From: Antechinus flavipes
Taxonomy: Eukaryota
Length of the DNA stretch: 63,165 nt
Direction: 5' to 3'
Assembly (NCBI RefSeq): GCF_016432865.1
Contig: NC_067403.1
Location: 257,486,001-257,549,165 of the forward strand
The notes under the pieces are model-generated. The model was not told where the DNA came from. It did not search any database and was given only the letters and a program-made list of their open reading frames with translations. Of the stretch, positions 59,770 through 63,165 are shown piece by piece. Every line of letters starts with the position of its first letter. Within the stretch, counting starts at the first letter, position 1. The translations under genes were made by a program, and so were the position numbers.

Positions 59770-61161
59770 TCAGGAGGGGGCTTGGGCGGGGGATGTCTCC
59801 GGAGGAGCGTCTCCAGAGCCGTCCCCCCGGGGGGCGGGGGGCACGGCCGTCTCTTCCGGGGGCGCGGCCGTCGGCTGTTCAGTGGCTGCGGGTCCTTCCG
59901 GGGGGTCGGAGGCCGAGGGAGGGGGAGGCTCAGAGGGCTGAGCCGGAGGGTCGGGCTGCGGCAGCTCGGCCAGATTCGGCTGGGGCTGGGCCGTGGGGTT
60001 CACCTGGGCCTGGGCCGTGGGGTTCACCTGGGCCTGGGCCGTGGGGTTCACCTGGGCCTGGGCTGTGGGGTTCACTTGGGCCTGGGCCGTGGGGTTCACC
60101 TGGGGCCCGTCCTGGGGGGGCGGGGCGGGCTGCAGCTGGACCGTGGGCTCCGGTTGGGCGGGCGGCGAGTCTGCGGGCACGGGGCCCCCGAACCGCTCCT
60201 CGGCCAGGGCGGCGGCGAAGGAGGAGAGCGTGGAGTGGAGCAGGGCCCGGATGTTGGCGCTGGCCAGGACGCAGAGGAAGGGGCTCAGGCAGCTGCTGAG
60301 CACCATCAGGTAGTCGGAGTAGACCAGCGCCTCCCAGAGGAAGTAGCCGGGGTAGAAGTCCCACAGGTAGGCCAGGTAGAGCAGCTGGGCCAGCTGGTAG
60401 GGCAGCCGCAGGACCACGTAGGCCGAGAGCACGGCGGAGGCCACGCGGGAGAAGCCGGGCGGCCGGGCCCCGCGCTCCCCGCGCTCCCTGGGGCGGCGGC
60501 GGCGCGCCCGGCACGCCTGGATCTGGGTCAGCACGTGAGAGCCCAGGAGCAGGAGGAAGGGCAGCAGCCCCCCGAAGATCTCCAGCACCCGCAGGGGCAG
60601 CTCCTCCGCGTCCCAGAAGTCCAGGCAGATGACCAGGTCGTACCACCACACGTTGGCCTCCGGGAAGATGAGCCAGGGCACGCCGAAGAGCGTGGCCAGC
60701 ACCCAGGCGCCCGAGCACAGCCAGAGCGGCAGGCGGGCCGGCCGGCGGCGGGGGTAGCGGCGGGGCAGCAGCGCCGCCAGGCAGCGGTCCAGGCTGAGCG
60801 CCGCCAGCAGGAAGAGGCCCGACGAGTAAGAGACGCCCCACAGGAAGTAGTAGAGGCGGCAGGCGGCCGTTCCCAGCGGCCAGTGCCCCTGCAGCCGGAT
60901 CTCCATGACCTGGAAGGCCGTGGCCACCAGGAAGAGGAAGTCGGAGACGGCCAGGCTGAGCAGGAGGAGGGCCAGGCGCCTGCCGGCCCCGAGCCGCGCC
61001 TGGGAGCCCGCCAGCCACCCCATGAGCCCGTTGGCCGGCAGCCCCAGCAGCAGCAGGACCACCAGGAAGGCCGTGTCCCAGCCGCCCTGGGGGTAATAGT
61101 CATCGTCCAGCTCGGATCTCGGCCTCCAGGCCGGAGCCCGCCGGGCACTGCCCGCCTCCAT
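59770..61161 (-). CDS. GPR152: Orphan class A GPCR GPR152, 463 aa, single coding exon
   Basis: ORF with seven hydrophobic segments, YPQGGWDT, GLPANGL (TM1), SDFLF (TM2), HWPLG, SLDRC (DRY variant), LRLPYQL (TM6), CLSPFLC (TM7) and a Pro/Gln repeat tail. Strong Kozak context gccATGG. Syntenic position next to CORO1B. Confidence 0.96.
   Translation of the reverse strand: MEAGSARRAPAWRPRSELDDDYYPQGGWDTAFLVVLLLLGLPANGLMGWLAGSQARLGAGRRLALLLLSLAVSDFLFLVATAFQVMEIRLQGHWPLGTAACRLYYFLWGVSYSSGLFLLAALSLDRCLAALLPRRYPRRRPARLPLWLCSGAWVLATLFGVPWLIFPEANVWWYDLVICLDFWDAEELPLRVLEIFGGLLPFLLLLGSHVLTQIQACRARRRRPRERGERGARPPGFSRVASAVLSAYVVLRLPYQLAQLLYLAYLWDFYPGYFLWEALVYSDYLMVLSSCLSPFLCVLASANIRALLHSTLSSFAAALAEERFGGPVPADSPPAQPEPTVQLQPAPPPQDGPQVNPTAQAQVNPTAQAQVNPTAQAQVNPTAQAQVNPTAQPQPNLAELPQPDPPAQPSEPPPPSASDPPEGPAATEQPTAAPPEETAVPPAPRGDGSGDAPPETSPAQAPS
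59985..60105 (-). repeat. Coding 24-bp repeat, five copies (QVNPTAQA), in the GPR152 C-tail
   Basis: ggccgtggggttcacctgggcctg repeated on the + strand. Confidence 0.93.
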
Positions 61162-62639
61162 GGCGCCGTCACCGATGGGCCTGCACAGGGAGAGGAGAGA
61201 AGGAGGGGCGGGGGACGGGGTGGGGTGAGAGACGAGACCCTCACGGCACCGGCTCCGGGCAGGGGGGTCCCTGAACCTCAGCGCCAGGGCCCACCTCCCA
61301 GGGGCGGGGGCGGGCCCCCAGCGGGCTCAGGCAGGGAGTGGCCCGAAGCCCCCGGAGTCCATCCCCGCTTTCTGCCGACTCCTGAGCCCGGCGGGGGCAG
61401 GGGGGAACGCTACTGCCCTGAGAAAACCTCCCCTGGCTTCTACCTCCTTCCCAGCCTTTGGAGGGGCCCGGGCACCCCGTGAAAAGGGGGCTGGACTCGG
61501 AGCCCAGAGTCCCAGATTCGAATCCCACCGCAGACGGATCAGCCTCTCCAGGGAGAAAATGGGGGTGATGGCACATACACATGGGGCCTTTCCTGATCCC
61601 CCAGCGGCCCTAAACCAGCCCCAAGCCCCCGGAGGGCGAGGAAGCTCCCAGAAGCACGACTGATGTGTCTCTCTGGCTTTCTGGCGCCCGGTGCCGTGCT
61701 GAGGTCAGGCTGGTGTCTAATCAATGCACGTTCATGGGATCCGAGATTTAGCACTAGAGGGATCTCAGAGCCCGGCCGGCAAAATCTCCCATTTATAAAT
61801 GAAGAAACTGAGACCCGGGCAGTGGAAGGGCTTGCCCAGCCAGTAAGTATCTGAGGTAAGATCTGAACTCAGATCTTTAAGACTCCAGACTCAGTATCAT
61901 GGATTAGATTTTTGGGGAGGCTCCAATTCCCATGAGGGAGGGGACTGGGGTGGGGCTGGGGAAGGAAGCAGGAAGGTCTGGAGAAGGGAAGGACACTGCA
62001 GAGCCAGGGGGCTTCTTCCAAAACACTNNNNNNNNNNNNNNNNNNNNNNNNNNNNNNNNNNNNNNNNNNNNNNNNNNNNNNNNNNNNNNNNNNNNNNNNN
62101 NNNNNNNNNNNNNNNNNNNNNNNNNNNNNNNNNNNNNNNNNNNNNNNNNNNNNNNNNNNNNNNNNNNNCCCCTCTGTAAAATGGGCAGAATGACTGAGGA
62201 CTCTTGCAGACACTAGAATTCTCCTTCCCAGGAGGGGTTCCCAGATGGATCCTTCTTGAAACAATTCCTCTGGGTCCCAGAGAAATAACAGGGACTGAGT
62301 TCTTCCTCCTGACTCAGCGGTGAGGTTTGGGGCAAATTCCTCCCTTGCTCTGGGCCTCAGTTTCCCCCTCTGTAAAAGGAGAGGGTTCCTTCCGGCATTC
62401 AATCCCATCAGCCTCTGCTTCTGCCTCCAGTCTCCTGCCTGGGAGCCAGCTCCTCTTGGTGGGGGGAGACACTCGCTCGTTGGAAGCTCTCTGTTAAAAA
62501 GTCACCCTACCAGGGCCCTACCCCAGGAAGCTCCTGGGACCCGGATGAAGCCCTGGCCGGGCTCCTGGGGGTAGATGGGCTTACCAGCACGTGGGGAATG
62601 GACCCGGACGAGCGGGGCAGAGAGCTGGGTGCACACATG

Positions 62640-62735
62640 CAGGCCGGCTCCCCTGCGCTAGCTCCCGGCTCCCCTGCGCTGGCTCCCGGCTCCCCTGCGC
62701 TGGCTCCTTGCTCCCGTGCTGGCTCCCGGCTCCCT
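62640..62735. repeat. 21-bp repeat, about four copies, within the candidate GPR152 upstream exon
   Basis: ggctcccctgcgctRgctccc units. Confidence 0.85.
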
Positions 62736-63165
62736 CGCCAGGCAGCGAAGGCCCGGGGCTGTGCCGCCGTCTGCCAGTCTGTCTGTGTGGGGCCGGGCTC
62801 TGGCTGTAGTGGACGGTCGCCCCGTGCACTTCTGCGGTGGGAGAGGTAACCCAAGCCCGGCGGGCCATTAAACATTCATAGAGCTCCTCTCCTGGAGAAA
62901 CTCTAACCCCAGTCCCTGCCGGGCAGTGCTCTGGAGTCCCGCGGCTGCCCCCTTCCCCCAGCCGGGCCCCCAGTCCTGCCGCGGCTCTGCTTCCAGCCCA
63001 CCCCTGGGAGCTCGCTGGCCCCTGCCAAGTAGCACCCCCTCCCTCCTGGACAGGGAGATCAGGTCGTCAGGGGGATGAATTCAGAGGCGGAAGGGGGAGC
63101 CAGGCAGAGGCAGGGACCGCCCTCGTCACGTGCAGCCAGAGGCCAGAGGGACCCTCAGGCACCCA

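Noticed and set aside
59782-61482. 566-aa plus-strand ORF and 362-aa ORF over GPR152
   Set aside because: Antisense shadows of a GC-rich CDS with non-ATG starts.
62870-63165. Start of CABP4, expected next by synteny
   Set aside because: No recognisable CABP4 peptide within the window.

Overview
Vertebrate genomic DNA from a marsupial, most likely a dasyurid. That call rests on WSINE1-, MAR1- and WALLSI-type SINEs, marsupial L1 3' ends and an OC1-type hAT element, all recognised from memory of repeat consensus rather than a database search. The window is a GC-rich, gene-dense block with the gene order of human 11q13.2: 3' end of TBC1D10C (+), CARNS1 (+, 955 aa), RPS6KB2 (+, 473 aa), PTPRCAP (-, 227 aa), CORO1B (-, 488 aa) and GPR152 (-, 463 aa). 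All exons were traced by hand, with consistent phase and splice sites. Introns and spacers carry many minisatellites, old L2/CR1/MIR remnants, L1 pieces, a probable solo LTR, a strong CTCF site and four N gaps. Most long ORFs in the supplied track are GC- or repeat-driven artefacts. I see no clearly new biological system. The best leads are: (1) a candidate upstream GPR152 exon that splices in frame, adds 101 aa and sits in a three-AUG uORF arrangement; (2) an orphan CRE/RFX/NRF1 promoter-like module behind CARNS1; (3) a phase-compatible CORO1B-PTPRCAP read-through; (4) loss of the internal CARNS1 Met that I recall starting the short human isoform; (5) a GC-AG intron and an in-frame ACG upstream of the start in RPS6KB2; (6) minisatellites that appear to have arisen inside GC-shifted transposon remnants.
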